This document shows, piece by piece, positions 35,501-48,388 of a DNA stretch of 64,000 nucleotides. The notes under the pieces were generated by a model. It saw only the letters and a list, made by a program, of their open reading frames with translations, was not told where the DNA came from and ran no database searches. The stretch comes from Leucoraja ocellata (Eukaryota). Each line of letters begins with the position of its first letter. Positions within the stretch are counted from its first letter, which is position 1. Position numbers and translations under genes: made by a program. Where the stretch lies: the NCBI GenBank assembly GCA_036785375.1, contig JAWMAR010000541.1, positions 558,001 to 622,000 of the forward strand, read 5' to 3'.

Positions 35501-36419
35501 GGACTAAGGGGAAAATCAATTTGTTCGGCACGGACTTGTAGGGCCGAGATGGCCTGTTTCCGTGCTGTAATTGTTATATGGTTATATGGTTAAACTGAAA
35601 TGGGTATGTGGCCTTTTAAGGCTGAGCTTGTATCTGGTGGAATTCAAGATGAGAGTGGATTAAATCAAGTTCCCAACAGGTCTTGGGGGGAGGGTAGAGG
35701 GGGACGAGAGGTGGGAGGAGGGGGGGGGAGTGGGAAGGGAGGGGTGGGAGAGAGGAGAAGGGAGGGACTTAAAGGCCACGGGGAGAACATGCAAACGCCA
35801 CACAACAACTGAGGATTGAAACCAGGTCACTGATCCTATGAAGCAAGCACTCTAATTTACTGCTGCCCAAGCCAGAATCCAAATTTGAGACAGAACCCAA
35901 ATAATCCAGCTGTAATTTTTGATGCCACAAGTGTTCGTGACTCAGACTTTCCCAGGTGTAATCAGTGATCCTTGTGGGTTCCAACCCACCCTGCAGCATT
36001 GCTGCACCTGCCTCAGATGTGACTGTAGTTGTAGTTGCCCGAACAGTGTGGGCTGGTTATATTAAATACTCAATCCCACAGTCAGATCTCTGTACCTACT
36101 TTATGTCTGTGGAATGTGCCCAGAATGATTCATTCCCAAATCTAACTGGGCATTTTGCTTGTTGGAGCCTTGCACAGACAACATGCCTCACCCTTGTCCC
36201 TCACTCTGTCCATGTTCTGTTATTGTCCATCCAACCTTTGTTCCCTGAACCCTGGATTCCACTGCAAGCCTCATGTCCCCACTGATTAATCTACAAACAA
36301 GAGTAAAATGAGATTTAAAATACATTTACATAATATAATGGATATGAAGTGGTTTGGACGGCTATGGACAAAGTGCAGGCATTTGGGATTTGTGCAGAAT
36401 GGACAAAGTTGGGCCAATA

Positions 36420-36610
36420 AACTGCAGATGCTGGAATATCGAAGGTAGACAAAAATGCTGGAGAAACTCAGCGGGTGCAGCAGCATCTATGGAGCGAAGG
36501 AAATAGGTGACGTTTTGGGAGGGACGTTGAAGGGTTCGGCCCGAAACGTCACCCATTTCCTTCGCTCCATAGATGCTGCTGCACCCGCTGAGTTTCTCCA
36601 GCATTTTTGT
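36420..36610. mobile_element. Second Penelope-derived inverted pseudo-LTR pair
   Basis: caaaaatgctggagaaactcagcggg...ggtgacgttt followed by its reverse complement ...aaacgtcacc...ctccagcatttttg. Confidence 0.8.
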
Positions 36611-37254
36611 GGACCTGTTTCTGTGCTGTACAGCTGACTCCAAATCTGATTTATTCCACTCCTATCAAACTTGACCCCTGCATACTGATCATTAATTTTC
36701 CCCAGACATTGATCTCATTCCCAGCAAGTTGTGCCCCCACCAAACACCTAGTCCCCTCATTGTAAACCACTTTGCCCCCTTAAAATATCAGTTTGGATGA
36801 ATGACAGCATCCCTTGATACAGTTCCCATCTGTGAAACCAGTTGCAACTGCTGACTGACCACTGGCCTGGTCTTCATCCTCCAGCACTTGTGATGGTTGT
36901 GCATCAAGACCAGGTCTGCTGAAAGGAAGCTGTTGCCCACACCTTCCCATTGTCCTCTACAGGGAACTTCCTACAGGTCCTGGGTGTGACTGCCCTGTCT
37001 CCATTCTGTGGGTTGATTACCGCAGATGTTACTGACCCTCATGTACGGGATTGGCCCTCTGGCCATGGGGACTGGACCATGGTGGTGGCACCAGGACTAG
37101 TGTTAGTTGTTGACCAGCAGGTGAGAGGTGTTAGTCTGGACAGGACACATGTCTTTCAGTGGGGCGAGGGGAGAAGGATGGCCCCAAGGGGTGAGAGTGT
37201 CCAGTGTGGGAGTAATCTTGTATCCCTTCCTCCCCCCCCCCCCCCCCACTGCAG

Positions 37255-37525
37255 GGGCTCACGCCGGATGCAGGATTGTGGGCTGTTTTTTTTAACAGCA
37301 ATGACACCAAGCAGTGGACCTACACTGATCACCAAACCTATGATGGCGAGCTCATCTACTTCTTTGACTTTGACCAGAGGAAGTTTGTAGCAGCAAAGGA
37401 CTGGATGCAGAGCAACGTGGACAGATGGAATAAGGACGGGTCAGCAGAATCAGCATACCAGGGTGGGATCGGCATGTGTGAGAACAACGTTCCCATTTAT
37501 CAAAGAGAGGTGCTGCCCTGGAGAG
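37255..37525 (+). CDS. DAB: MHC class II beta exon 2 (beta-1 peptide-binding domain), +1 frameshift in a T8 run
   Basis: GAHAGCRIVGC|F/FNSNDTKQWTYTDHQTYDGELIYFFDFDQRKFVAAKDWMQSNVDRWNKDG...MCENNVPIYQREVLPWR; conserved Cys pair, W-N and NDT sequon; 271 nt versus the canonical 270. Confidence 0.92.
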
Positions 37526-38201
37526 GTGAGCGGGGCAAGGGTGGGGAGATGTCCTGGTGAGATGGGCCAACCATGGGAATGGGGTTCCATGGATAGTCAC
37601 AACCAGGGAGTGGGTGAAGCTTCTGCTGCCGGTGATGGAGCTGGGAAACAGTTGCAGATCACAATTCTGATCATCTGACCATTCCCCTCAAACCCCTGGT
37701 GGGATTCTCTGCTGGACACTACATTGTAAACCCATGCGAACAGATGGATTCTAGACACTGCCTGTTGTGTGGGCTGCTTGCATGTGGGAGCACACAAGCA
37801 GGTTATTTGGCCCATCGTGGCCCTACCAGCCCATCTGTGCTAACCCAATGGCCCAGCACTTGGTCTGTCACCACCTCTCACCTGGAAATCTGCTTTACTA
37901 CCTCTAAGGTGCTGTGTCCCAGACTCAATCTCCCCTCCCTCTCGAATATCTCCTGCCTTGGGGTCCACTCTAAATCTGATCCCTGGCCCTCAACCCACAC
38001 GGACATTATCCTGGACATTGGCTGCTGTTCGTGCAGTAATCCAGTCCTGGGCAGTTCTGGTCATTGGCTGGTGGTTCGTCCATCATCTGCCTCATCCAGA
38101 CTAAAGATTAACCTTCATTTCCTGGTGATGATCTCTCCACAATTCCACTTCCCTCTGCTCCATCCAAACTGCTTCATATCCCTGTAATATTCTTCCACAC
38201 T

Positions 38202-38720
38202 TTCTCTCTCCTCCCTCTTCCTCTCTCTCCCCCTCTTTCTCTCCTCTNNNNNNNNNNNNNNNNNNNNNNNNNNNNNNNNNNNNNNNNNNNNNNNNNNNNN
38301 NNNNNNNNNNNNNNNNNNNNNNNNNNNNNNNNNNNNNNNNNNNNNNNNNNNNNNNNNNNNNNNNNNNNNNNNNNNNNNNNNNNNNTCCCCCCCCTCTCTC
38401 TCTCCCCCCCCTCTCTCTCTCCCCCCCCCTCTCTCTCTCCCCCCCCCTCTCTCTCTCTCCCCCCCCTCTCTCTCTCCCCCCCCTCTCTCCTCCCCTCCCC
38501 CCCCCCCTCCTCCCCTTCTTNNNNNNNNNNNNNNNNNNNNNNNNNNNNNNNNNNNNNNNNNNNNNNNNNNNNNNNNNNNNNNNNNNNNNNNNNNNNNNNN
38601 NNNNNNNNNNNNNNNNNNNNNNNNNNNNNNNNNNNNNNNNNNNNNNNNNNNNNNNNNNNNNNNNNNNNNNNNNNNNNNNNNNNNNNNNNNNNNNNNNNNN
38701 NNNNNNNNNNNNNNNNNNNN
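38202..38720. repeat. C/T-rich low-complexity tract with two assembly gaps (N 38248-38385, 38521-38720)
   Basis: (ct)n/(c)n polypyrimidine sequence flanking runs of N. Confidence 0.95.
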
Positions 38721-38789
38721 GTGCCCTACATCAAGCTTTTTACTGTAGACTGTGATTCTCACATTGCTATCTTCTGCTTTCTCCTACAG

Positions 38790-39069
38790 TTAAACCTGAG
38801 ATCACAATCCGGCCCAAAGTCTCCCCCCACATGGGACAGTCGGCTCTACTCACCTGTCACGTCACTGGTTTCTACCCTTCTGAGATTGAAGTCACATGGC
38901 TGAAGAACGGAGCCCCAGTCCCCAGCGTGCATCAACACAGTGCTGCTGTCAGACGGTGACTGGACCTATCAAGTGGAGGAGCTCCTGCAGTACCACCCGG
39001 TGTCTGGGGATACCTACACCTGCCGTGTGGAGCACAGCAGCCTGGAAAAGTTCGTGGACATGGACTGGG
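38790..39069 (+). CDS. DAB: MHC class II beta exon 3 (beta-2 Ig C1 domain), frameshift at ~38927-38930
   Basis: VKPEITIRPK...LLTCHVTGFYPSEIEVTWLKNG, then in another frame INTVLLSDGDWTYQ...YTCRVEHSSL...DW; 280 nt versus the canonical 282. Confidence 0.94.
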
Positions 39070-39147
39070 GTAAGGTGCAGAGCAGCCACAACTGTGCTCC
39101 TTCCAGCCTTGTCTCAGTGATGTCCACATTCCACACCATCTATGTAG

Positions 39148-41995
39148 ACATAGAAACATAGAAATTAGGTGCAGGAGTAGAGGCCATTCAGCCCTTTGAG
39201 CTGCACCATTCGCCATTCAATATGATCATGGCTGATCATCCAACTCAGTATCCCGTACCTGCCTTCTCTCCATACCCCCTGATCCCCTTAGCCACAAGGG
39301 CCACATCTAACTCCCTCTCAAATATAGCAAATGAACTGGCCTCAACTACCTTCTGTGGCAGTGAATTCCACCACTCTCTGTGTGAAATTGTTTTTCTCAT
39401 CTCGGTCCTAAAATAATTCCCCCTTATCCTTAAGCTGTGGCCCCTCGTCCTGGACTTCCCCAACATCGGGAACAATCTTCCTGCATCTAGCCTGTCCAAC
39501 CCCTTATGAATTTTGTAAGTTTCTATAAGATCCCCCTCAATCTTCTGAATTCTAGCGAGTACAAGTCGAGTCTATCCAGTCTTTCTTCATATGAAAGTCC
39601 TGACATCCCAGGAATCAGTCTGGTGAACCTTCTCTGCACTCCCTCTATGGCAAGAATGTCTTTCCTCAGATTTGGAGACCAAAACTACGCAATACTCCAG
39701 GTGTTGTCTCACCAAGACCCTGTACAACTGCAGTAGAACCTCCCTGCTCCTATACTCAAATCCTTTTGCAATGACAGCTAACATACCATTCGCTTTCTTC
39801 ACTGCCTGCTGCACCTGCATGCCTACCTTCAATGACTGGTGTACCATGACACCCAGTTCTCGTTGCATCTCCCCTTTTCCTAATCGGCCACCATTCAGAT
39901 AATAGTCTACTTTTCCTGTTTTTGCCACCAATGCGGATAACTCACATTTATCCACATTATACTGCATCTGCCATGCATTTGCCCCACTCACCCAGTCACC
40001 TTGCAGCCTCCTAGCATCCTCCACACAGCTAACACTGCCCCCCAGCTTCGTGTCATCCTCAAACTTGGAGATGTTGCATTCAATTCCCTCATCCAAAATC
40101 ATGAATATATATTGTACATAGCTGGGTCCCAGCACTGAGCCTTGCGGTACCCCACTAGTCACTGCCTGCCATTCTGAAAAGGACCCGTTTACTCCTACTC
40201 TTTGCTTCCTATTTTCCAGCCAGTTCTCTATCCACATCAATACTGAACCCCCAATACCGTGTGCTTTAAGTTTGTATATCTTATCTCTTATGTGGGACCT
40301 TGTCGAAAGCCTTCTGAAAGTCCAGATACACCACATCCACAGGTTCTCCCCTATCCACTCTACTAGTTACATCCTTGAATAATTCTATAAGATTCGTCAG
40401 ACATGATTTACCTTTCGTAAATCCATGCTGACTTTGTCCAATGATTTCACCACTTTCCAAATGTGCTGCTATCCCATCTTTAATAACTGACTAGCAGTTT
40501 CCCCACTATCGATGTTAGACTAACTTGTCTGTAATTCCCCGTTTTCTCTCTCCCTCCCTTTTTAAAAAGTGGGGTTACATTAGCTACTCTGCAATCCTCA
40601 GAAACTACTCCAGAATCTAAAGTTTTGAAAAATTATCACTAATGCATCCATTATTTCTGGGGCTACTTCCTTAAGTACTCTGGGATGCAGCCTATCTGGC
40701 CCTGAGGTTTTATTGGCCTTTCCTGGCTAACCTGATTTCACTCAGGTTCCTCCATTTCATTTGACCCCTGGTCCCCTGCTATTTCCGGCAGATTATTTAT
40801 GTCTTCCTTAGTGAAGACAGAACCAAAGTAGTTATTCAATTGGTCTGCCATATCCTTGTTCCCCATGATCAATTCACCTGTTTTCTGACTGCAAGGGACC
40901 TACATATATTTTAACTAATCTCTATCTTCACACATTTATAAAAACATTTGCAGTCAGTTTTTATTTTACCCTGCCAGTCTTCTTTCATAATCAATTTTCC
41001 CTGTCCTAATTAAGCCCTTTGTCCTCCTCTGCTGGACTCTGAATTTCTTCCTGTCCACCAGTCCTCTGGAAGGCTGCTTTTTCTGGCTAATTTGTATGCT
41101 TCATCTTTTGTTTTTGATACTATCCCTGATTTCCCTTGTTATCCACGGATGCACTACCTTCCCTGATTTATTATTTTGCCAAACTGGGATGAACAATTGT
41201 TGTAGTTCATGCATGCAGTCTTTAAATGTCTTCCATTGCATATCCACCGTCAACCCTTTAAGAATCAATTGCCAGTCTATCTTGGCCAATTCACGTCTCA
41301 TACCCTCAAAGTCACCTTTCTTTAAGTTCAGGACCCTTGTTTCTGAATTAACAAGGTCACTCTCCATCCTAATGAAGAACTGAAACCATATTATGGTCAC
41401 TCTTGCCCAAGGGGCACGTACAACAAGATTGCTAACTAACCCTTCCTCATTACTCAATACCCAGTCTAGAATAGCCTGCTCCTCGTTGGTTCCTCTACAT
41501 GTTGGTTTAGAAAAACTATCCTGCATACATTCCAAGAAATCCTCTTCCTCAGCACCCTGCCAATTTGATTCACCCAATCTATATGTAGATTGAAGTCACC
41601 CATTATAACTGTTTTACCTTTGTTGCACACATGCTAATTTCCTGTTTGGTGCCATCCCCAACTCCACTACTACTGTTAGGTGGCCTGTACACAACTCCCA
41701 CTAGCGTTTTCTGCCCCTTAGTGTTTCGCAGCTCTACCCATATTGATTCACATCCTCCAAGCTAATGTCCTTCTTTCCATTGCGTTAATCTCCTCTCTAA
41801 CCAGCAACGCTACCCCACATCCTTTCCTTTCTGTCTATCCCTCCTGAATATTGAATATCCCTGGATGTTCAGCTTCCAACACGGTCCTTCAGGAGCTGTA
41901 CCTGGATGCACTTGTCACATTTGTAGCAGCCAGAGGCACCAGCGGTGTCCTTGACCTCCCTGCAATACTACATACTGCAAGCATCACACTGAATC
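39148..41995 (-). mobile_element. CR1 LINE (family of 10635-14845), internally deleted, in beta intron 3
   Basis: Collinear with 10637-13320, then jumps to ORF1 N-terminal sequence (41875-41995 matches ~14470-14585); many single-base indels. Confidence 0.9.
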
Positions 41996-42436
41996 TGATT
42001 CACTTCAGTAAAGAATGGAGGTTTGCTGTGGAACATTAGTTTTGACAATATTCTCTACACCTATGTTTTCTGTAATGTCCCTTCACCCTGCATTTAAATA
42101 TTACTTGAATGTGTTCCAATTAGTGACCTGATTCACTACCCAGGGCAACCACAACACTGCTCTCTTCCACTCTATTCTTCACCCACTTTAACTGCAGATT
42201 TGTTGATTTCCTTGTCCTTATTCCAGTGGAGTCTGAGCAACTTCTGTCAAAGATACTTGTGGACAGTGGTATGGAAATTCAAATCTCCATGTTCCAGTGT
42301 CCATTCCAGATACTGTCTGTGTTCCCTTTCTGGACCACATCTGTTGTATTTAAACTTGGTGGAGACTTTGGGTGGGGGGTGTGGCAAGGAGAGAGTTCAC
42401 CAGGACTGTACTAACTTCCCCGTTTACACCTGACAG

Positions 42437-42551
42437 ATGTGCAGAGCACTACCGAGTCTGAGAGAACCAAGATCATCGTGGGAGCGCTGGGCTTTGTGTT
42501 TGGGCTGCTCATCCTGCTGGCTGGAGTTAATGAAGCTGAGGAACGCTAAAG
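42437..42551 (+). CDS. DAB: MHC class II beta exon 4 (connecting peptide + TM), frameshift at ~42529
   Basis: TACTAAC branch point at 42409-42415; DVQSTTESERTKIIVGALGFVFGLLILLAGV, then shifted MKLRNAK; donor gtgagc at 42552; 115 nt (not 3n). Confidence 0.92.
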
Positions 42552-43049
42552 GTGAGCTGGTGTTGACCTCTAGCCCTGGGCTCCACTAATGTACACTTGT
42601 GGTGCTGCTACTTGGCTGGAGAGTCTGGGCCCAACATGGACTGGGTCTCTACCTTCCCACTTCAGATGTGGACCAATACCCCAGCACAGCCTGGGACAAG
42701 TTAACACCAGGCTAAATGGGGCAATATGTAGGCCTGTTGCATCCTGGTCTAAGGTCCTATCAGCTCAAACATTGGTTTAATGGTAAATGGAATTAAAATA
42801 TCACAATGCCGTAACACAATCTCACAAATCTTCAGGGAATCTCCTGCCTTTCCCTGTATCGGTGATGGAGGGATGGATATGAAGGGCCAAAGGGCCTGTA
42901 TAACTCTAATCCCATCCAATGACTGGGCTCAAGGTCACCCCCAACCCCCACCCAGATCCTGGGGTGAAGCTGAGGGCAGGAGATTCTGTCCTCCACTACT
43001 CCACCCCTGGCCTGGATCCTGCAGCAGCTCCGAGGCTGGAGATGGAGAC

Positions 43050-44030
43050 AAGTGGGATGTTTTTGAAAGTGTGCGAACAAAAGCTCAGGATATGTATGTC
43101 CCTGTTAGAGTGAAGGGCAAGGCAGGCAAACATAAGGAAGCTTGAAATGAGGGAAATTGAAGCATTGGTCAAGAATAAGGCTGCATGGGGCAGGTATAGG
43201 CAGCTGGGGTCAAGCACGTTACTGGAGGAGTTTAGAGAACTAAGGAGTAAATGAAAAGGAAATCAGACGGGCAAAAAGGGGCTGGGAGATATCTCTGGCA
43301 GATAGCATGAATACAATCCAAAGAGATTTTATAAATATACTAGACCAAGTGCAGACCCGTTGGGTCTGCTCCCCCAATGGTGTGATTCCCCAACCCAATA
43401 TTCCACCATGCACCCGTCTCCTCCAATGGAACTGAAGCCGTTGCCAAATGTAAGTTTCCAGCACTCCCCTGCCTCCCTCAATTGCACCTCCCCTGCCTGC
43501 TGCAGCAGTGAAAAGTTCAGTGTTCCTGTCTTGCAACTTTGTTTCGAAGTGTGTTGGAAGCTGATAGGAAGGAGCAGCCGTCAACTAATCAAAAGGCAGG
43601 AAGGGATCCGTACTGCAGGCGGATGGATTTGAGTTTTATATATTAATAGATAGATAGATAGATAGGTACGGGGAAGAGGGTAACTAGAGAGAGAGTGGCA
43701 CCCCTCAGAAATCAAAGTGGCCACCTCTGTGTGGAGCAACAGGAGATGGGCAAGGTCCTCAATGAGTATTTCTCCTCTGTATTTACTGAGGAGAAAGACA
43801 CGAGGTCGGAGAAACTTGGGACAGCCAATGCAAGTATTTTGGGAGCAGTCACTGTTACGGTGAAAAGAATTCCTGAAGGTACTATTGTATACGAAGGTAG
43901 ACAAATGTCCAGGGCCTGATCAGATATATCTGAGGACATTGTGGAAAACTAGAGAGGAAATTGCGGGATCCCTGGTTGAAATTATGAATCCTTTAAATAC
44001 AAGGAGAGGTGCCGGAAGACTGGACGGTGG
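43050..44030 (+). mobile_element. Degraded CR1 ORF2 fragment (interrupted by a Helitron)
   Basis: YVPVRVKGK; EMGKVLNEYFSSVFTEEKD; VDKCPGPD. Confidence 0.75.
43340..43662 (-). mobile_element. Non-autonomous Helitron
   Basis: Minus strand starts a|TC(tatc)n..., ends with the hairpin gcagaccc-aac-gggtctgc and CTAG|t; inserted at an A|T site without a TSD. Confidence 0.8.
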
Positions 44031-44842
44031 CAATGGTCTTTTTTTTCTTTTTTTATCTTTTAAAATCTTTTTATTAGTTGTTTTTCAAAAACAAAAACAA
44101 AACAACAAAAATAATGATAAACATAACAATGATATTGATACATAGGGATCAGGATTACATTAATAACAGGTATAACCTAATATGAGTCCAGTGTCAAAAT
44201 ACACATTGAATATAGACTTCTCGGTTTCTACGTAAATATAATTGTGTTTAAAAGAAAACATGTATATATAAAAAAAAACAAAATGAGAAAAAGAAAAAAA
44301 ACAAAGAGAAAAAAGGAAAAAACGAAACCTCCATAAACTAGTTCTCTTTCCAGTCATTCTTAATTTTTTAATTGTATCTATTTGTAATTTCAAAATCAAC
44401 TGGTAAATAGTCATTATTAAGCCTTTCTGATAAGGGTTGAAATGTAAATATTTTCTAAGATTTTGGTTTGATGTGGTAACGGAAAAAAAGGTATAGTAGC
44501 CTTCAAAAATGTCTAAATTTGTAAATATCTAAAAAATTGTGTGTTAGGTAAATGATATTTATTGGAAAGTTGTTCAAAAGACATAAACAACCGTCCAAAA
44601 ACAAATCACGAAAAGCTACAAATCCCTTCCTCTTCCATAACCGAAAGGCTTGATCAGTACTAGCAGGTTGGAAGAAAAAAAAATAGATTTGATAGGCCTC
44701 GATAAGATAAAATCATTCAATCCAAAAAAACTTACGAAATTGAAGCCATATTCGGAATGTATGTCTTGTTATTAGATTAGTCATATATTTATTCAATCTC
44801 GTAATTGTAAAAGGTATGGAGGCCCCTAGAATAGAAGCCAAT

Positions 44843-45486
44843 GATAGCATGTTGGCCTTTATAACAAGAGGAATCGAATATAGGAGCAAAGAGGTCTGCC
44901 TGCAGTTGTACGGAGCCCTAGTGAGACCACACCTGGAGTATTGTGTACAGTTTTGGTCCCCTAATTTGAGGAAGGACATTCTTGCTATTGAGGGAGAGCA
45001 GCGTAGGTTTACAAGGTTAATTTCCGGGATGGCGGGACTGTCATATGCTGAGAGAATGGAACAGCTGGGCTTGTACACTCTGGAGTTTAGAAGGATGAGA
45101 GGGCATCTCATTGAAACGTATAAGATTGTTAAGGGCTTGGACAAGCTAGAGGCAGGAAACATGTTCCCGATGTTGGGGGAGTCCAGAACCAGGGGCCACA
45201 GTTTAAGAATAAGGAGTAAGCCATTTAGAACAGAGACGAGGAAACACTTTTTCTCTCAGAGTGGTGAGTCTGTGGAATTCTCTGCCTCAGGTGGAGGCTG
45301 GTTCTCTGGATGCTTTCAAGCGAGAGCTAGATGGGTCTCTTAAAAATAGTGGAGCCAGGGGATATGGGGAGAAGGCAGGAACGGGGTACTGATTGGGGAT
45401 GATCAGATTGAATGGAGGTGCTGAATGTCCTTCCTCAAATTGGAAGGGCCAAATGGCCTACTCCTGCACCTATTGTCTATTGTCTA
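44843..45486 (+). mobile_element. CR1 3' fragment
   Basis: LAFITRGIEYRS...LVRPHLEYCVQFWSP; tail ctattgtctattgtcta. Confidence 0.88.
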
Positions 45487-46214
45487 TTAATAGCCCTTGC
45501 ATAGAATCACATTCAAGATTTATCCATCCTGGGCATTGCGTATCTTCTAAATCTTTTGTCCAAAACGTTAAATAACGAGCATTAACTGCCCAATAGTAGA
45601 ATCTAAGGTTTGGCAGTGCCAAACCACCGTCTTTTTTGGTTTTCTGTAAGTATTTTTTACTTAGTCTGGACTTTTTATTCTGCCATATATGAAGACATTT
45701 TGGAGTCAATAATATTAAAGAAAGATTTAGCAATAAAAATTGGTATCATCTGAAATAAATACAAACATTTAGGTAAGATAAACATTTGAATAGCCTTGAT
45801 TTGGCCGATCAAAGATAAGGACATTGGTGACCATTTAGTAAACTGTTGTTTGATATGGTCAATTAGAGGTGTAAAATTAGCTTTAAATAAATCCTTGTGG
45901 TTCTTGGTGATCTTAATACCTAAATAAGTAAAGCATTCAGTAGTCAATCTAAAAGAAAACTGTCCATAATTCAAAACTAGATTGTTTAATGGAAAAAGCT
46001 CACTCTTACTAAGATTTAGTTTATAACCAGAAAAAGTACTAAATTGATTAAGTAATGCTACTATTGCCGGAATAGATTTCTCATGGTTAGAAATGAATAA
46101 TAACAGATCATCTGCATAAAGAGATAGCTTATGTGTCTTATTCCCGCAGACAATACCAAAAATATTAGGGCATTCCAAAGCGATATCAAACAGTAAGGGA
46201 CTTAAAGGACAGAG

Positions 46215-47345
46215 ATTAGTATACAAACTGATACAATTAGTATACATTGATGTGGATTGAGAACTGGCTGGCAAACAGGAAGCAAAGAGTAGGAGTAAAC
46301 GGGTCCTTTTCACAATGGCAGGCAGTGTCTAGTGGGGTACCGCAAGGCTCAGTGTTGGGACCCCAGCCATTTCCAATAGTTATTAATGATTTGGACGAGG
46401 GAATTGAATGCAACATCTCCAAGTTTGCGGATGACACAAAGCCGGAGGACAGTGTTAGCTGTGAGGAGGATGCTAGGAGGCTGCAAGGTGACTTGTGTTG
46501 ACTGGGTGAGTGGGCAAATGCATGGCAGATGCAGTATAATGTGGATAAATGTGAGGTTATCCACTTTGGTGGCGAACAGGAAAGTAGACTATTATCTGAA
46601 TGGTGGCTGATTAGGAAAAGGGGAGATGCAATGAGACCTGGGTGTCATGGTACACCAGTCATTGAAAGTAGGCATGCAGGTGCAGCAGGCAGTGAAGAAA
46701 GCGAATGGTATGTTAGCATTCATATCAAAAGGATTTGAGTATAGGAGCAGGGAGGTTGTACTGCAGTTGTACAGGGTCTTGGTGAGACCACACCTGGAGT
46801 ATTGCGTACAGTTTTGGTCTCCTAATCTGAGGAAAGACATTATTGCCATAGAGGGAGTGCAGAGAAGGTTCACCAGACTGATTCCTGGAATGGCAGGACT
46901 TTCATATGAAGAGAGACTGGATAGACTCGGCTTGTACTCGCTGGAATTTACAAGATTGCGGGGGGATCTTATAGAAACTTACAAAATTCTCAAGTGCTTG
47001 GACAGGCTAGATGCAGTAAGATTGTTCCCGATGTTGGGGAAGTCCAGAACTAGGGGGTCACAGTTTAAGGATAAAGGGGAAATCTTTTAGGACGGAGATG
47101 AGTAAAAAATATTTTTTACACAGAGAGTGAATCTCTGGAAATCTCTGCCACAGAAGGTAGTTGAGGCCAGTTCATTGACTATATTTAAGAGAGAGTTAGA
47201 TGTGGCCCTTGTGGCTAAGGGGATCAGGGGGTATGGAGAGAAGGCAGATACGGGATACTGAGTTGGATGATCAGCCATGATCATATTGAATGGCGGTGCA
47301 GGCTCGAAGGGCCGAATGGCCTACTCCTGCACCTAATTTCTATGT
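46215..47345 (+). mobile_element. CR1 RT 3' fragment
   Basis: [29 protein letters not shown]; CR1 3'UTR ending ttctatgt. Confidence 0.9.
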
Positions 47346-48388
47346 AATCTATTCATTAAAAAGGCTTCTTTATAAAACCTTGCATAGCCAGGGAGACAGT
47401 CAACTTGAGAATTACTTTAAAACATTTCTACTGTAAACCCATCTAAACCGGGAGCTTTACCAAACTTCATCGAGAGGATTGATTTCTGTATTTCTTCTTC
47501 CATGATGGGTTCATTTAACAACAGACTCATTATGTGATAAATTTGGCAAGTTCAGTTTCTTTAAAAACTCGTGCATTATATTGGAATCAGTCAGAAGTTC
47601 TGATTGGTATAGGGAGGTATAAAATTCCTGACAGGATTGATTAATTTCATCATGGGTACAGTCAGTGTACAATCTCGTTTACTCACTTTAATCTGACGTT
47701 TGGTTACCGCTTTCAACTGATTGGTGAGTAATTTACCAGATTTCTCGCCATGTATATAAAATTGACTTTTTAAGTAGCTGATTCTCAATCGGTGATACTA
47801 ATAACAAATCATGTTTCAATTGAATTTCAACTGTATTCTTATAGAGCTCTAAACTAGGAGCTTTTGAATATTTTTTATTCATTTCTTTAATCTCGTCAGC
47901 CAATGTACGTCTTTCATTTTGAGTTTGTTTTTTTAATCCTGCAGAGTATGAAATAATTTGTCCCCGAATATATGCCTTGAAAGCATCCCAGACTACCTCA
48001 TTGGATATTTCTTCAGTAGAATTTGTTAAGAAGAAAAAAGCAATCTGATCTTAAATAAAATTAACAAAATTGAGATCTTGAAGAAAAGTAGTATTACATC
48101 AGCATTGTTTAGTACTAAACTTGGGGTCAGGTAGTTTAATTGATAGTTTCAATGGTGCAAGATCAGAAATAGCAATTGCATCATACTCACATGCAGTGAC
48201 CGATCAAACTAGCCGAGAATCTAATATAAAGTAGTCAATCATAGAAACATAGAAAATAGGTGCAGGAGTAGGCCATTCGGCCCTTTGAGCCAGCACCGCC
48301 ATTCAATATGATCATGGCTGATCATCCAAGAGTAACTATGATATACATCCGAGAAAAAAGAAAATTCTTTGTCATTTGGGTGTAGGAA

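Larger units (their letters stand above)
30901..35593 (+). mobile_element. Full-length CR1 LINE in sense orientation in beta intron 1
   Basis: 80-bp 5' monomers, ORF1 31645-32577, APE (FNARSI, ISETWL, GDFN) and RT (DFSKAFD, YADD) broken by a stop at 32944 and several indels; (gttatatg)n tail. Confidence 0.93.
44040..48388 (-). mobile_element. L1/Tx1-clade LINE remnant interrupted by CR1 insertions (44843-45486, ~46215-47345, 48240-48330)
   Basis: LSLYADDLLLFI...SGYKLNLSKSEL, GGLALPNLRFYYWA, HGEKSGKLL; AATAAA + A-rich tail at ~44040-44075 on the minus strand. Confidence 0.8.

Noticed and set aside
38115-38762. Gly/Glu/Arg-rich ORF
   Set aside because: Low-complexity sequence spanning N gaps.
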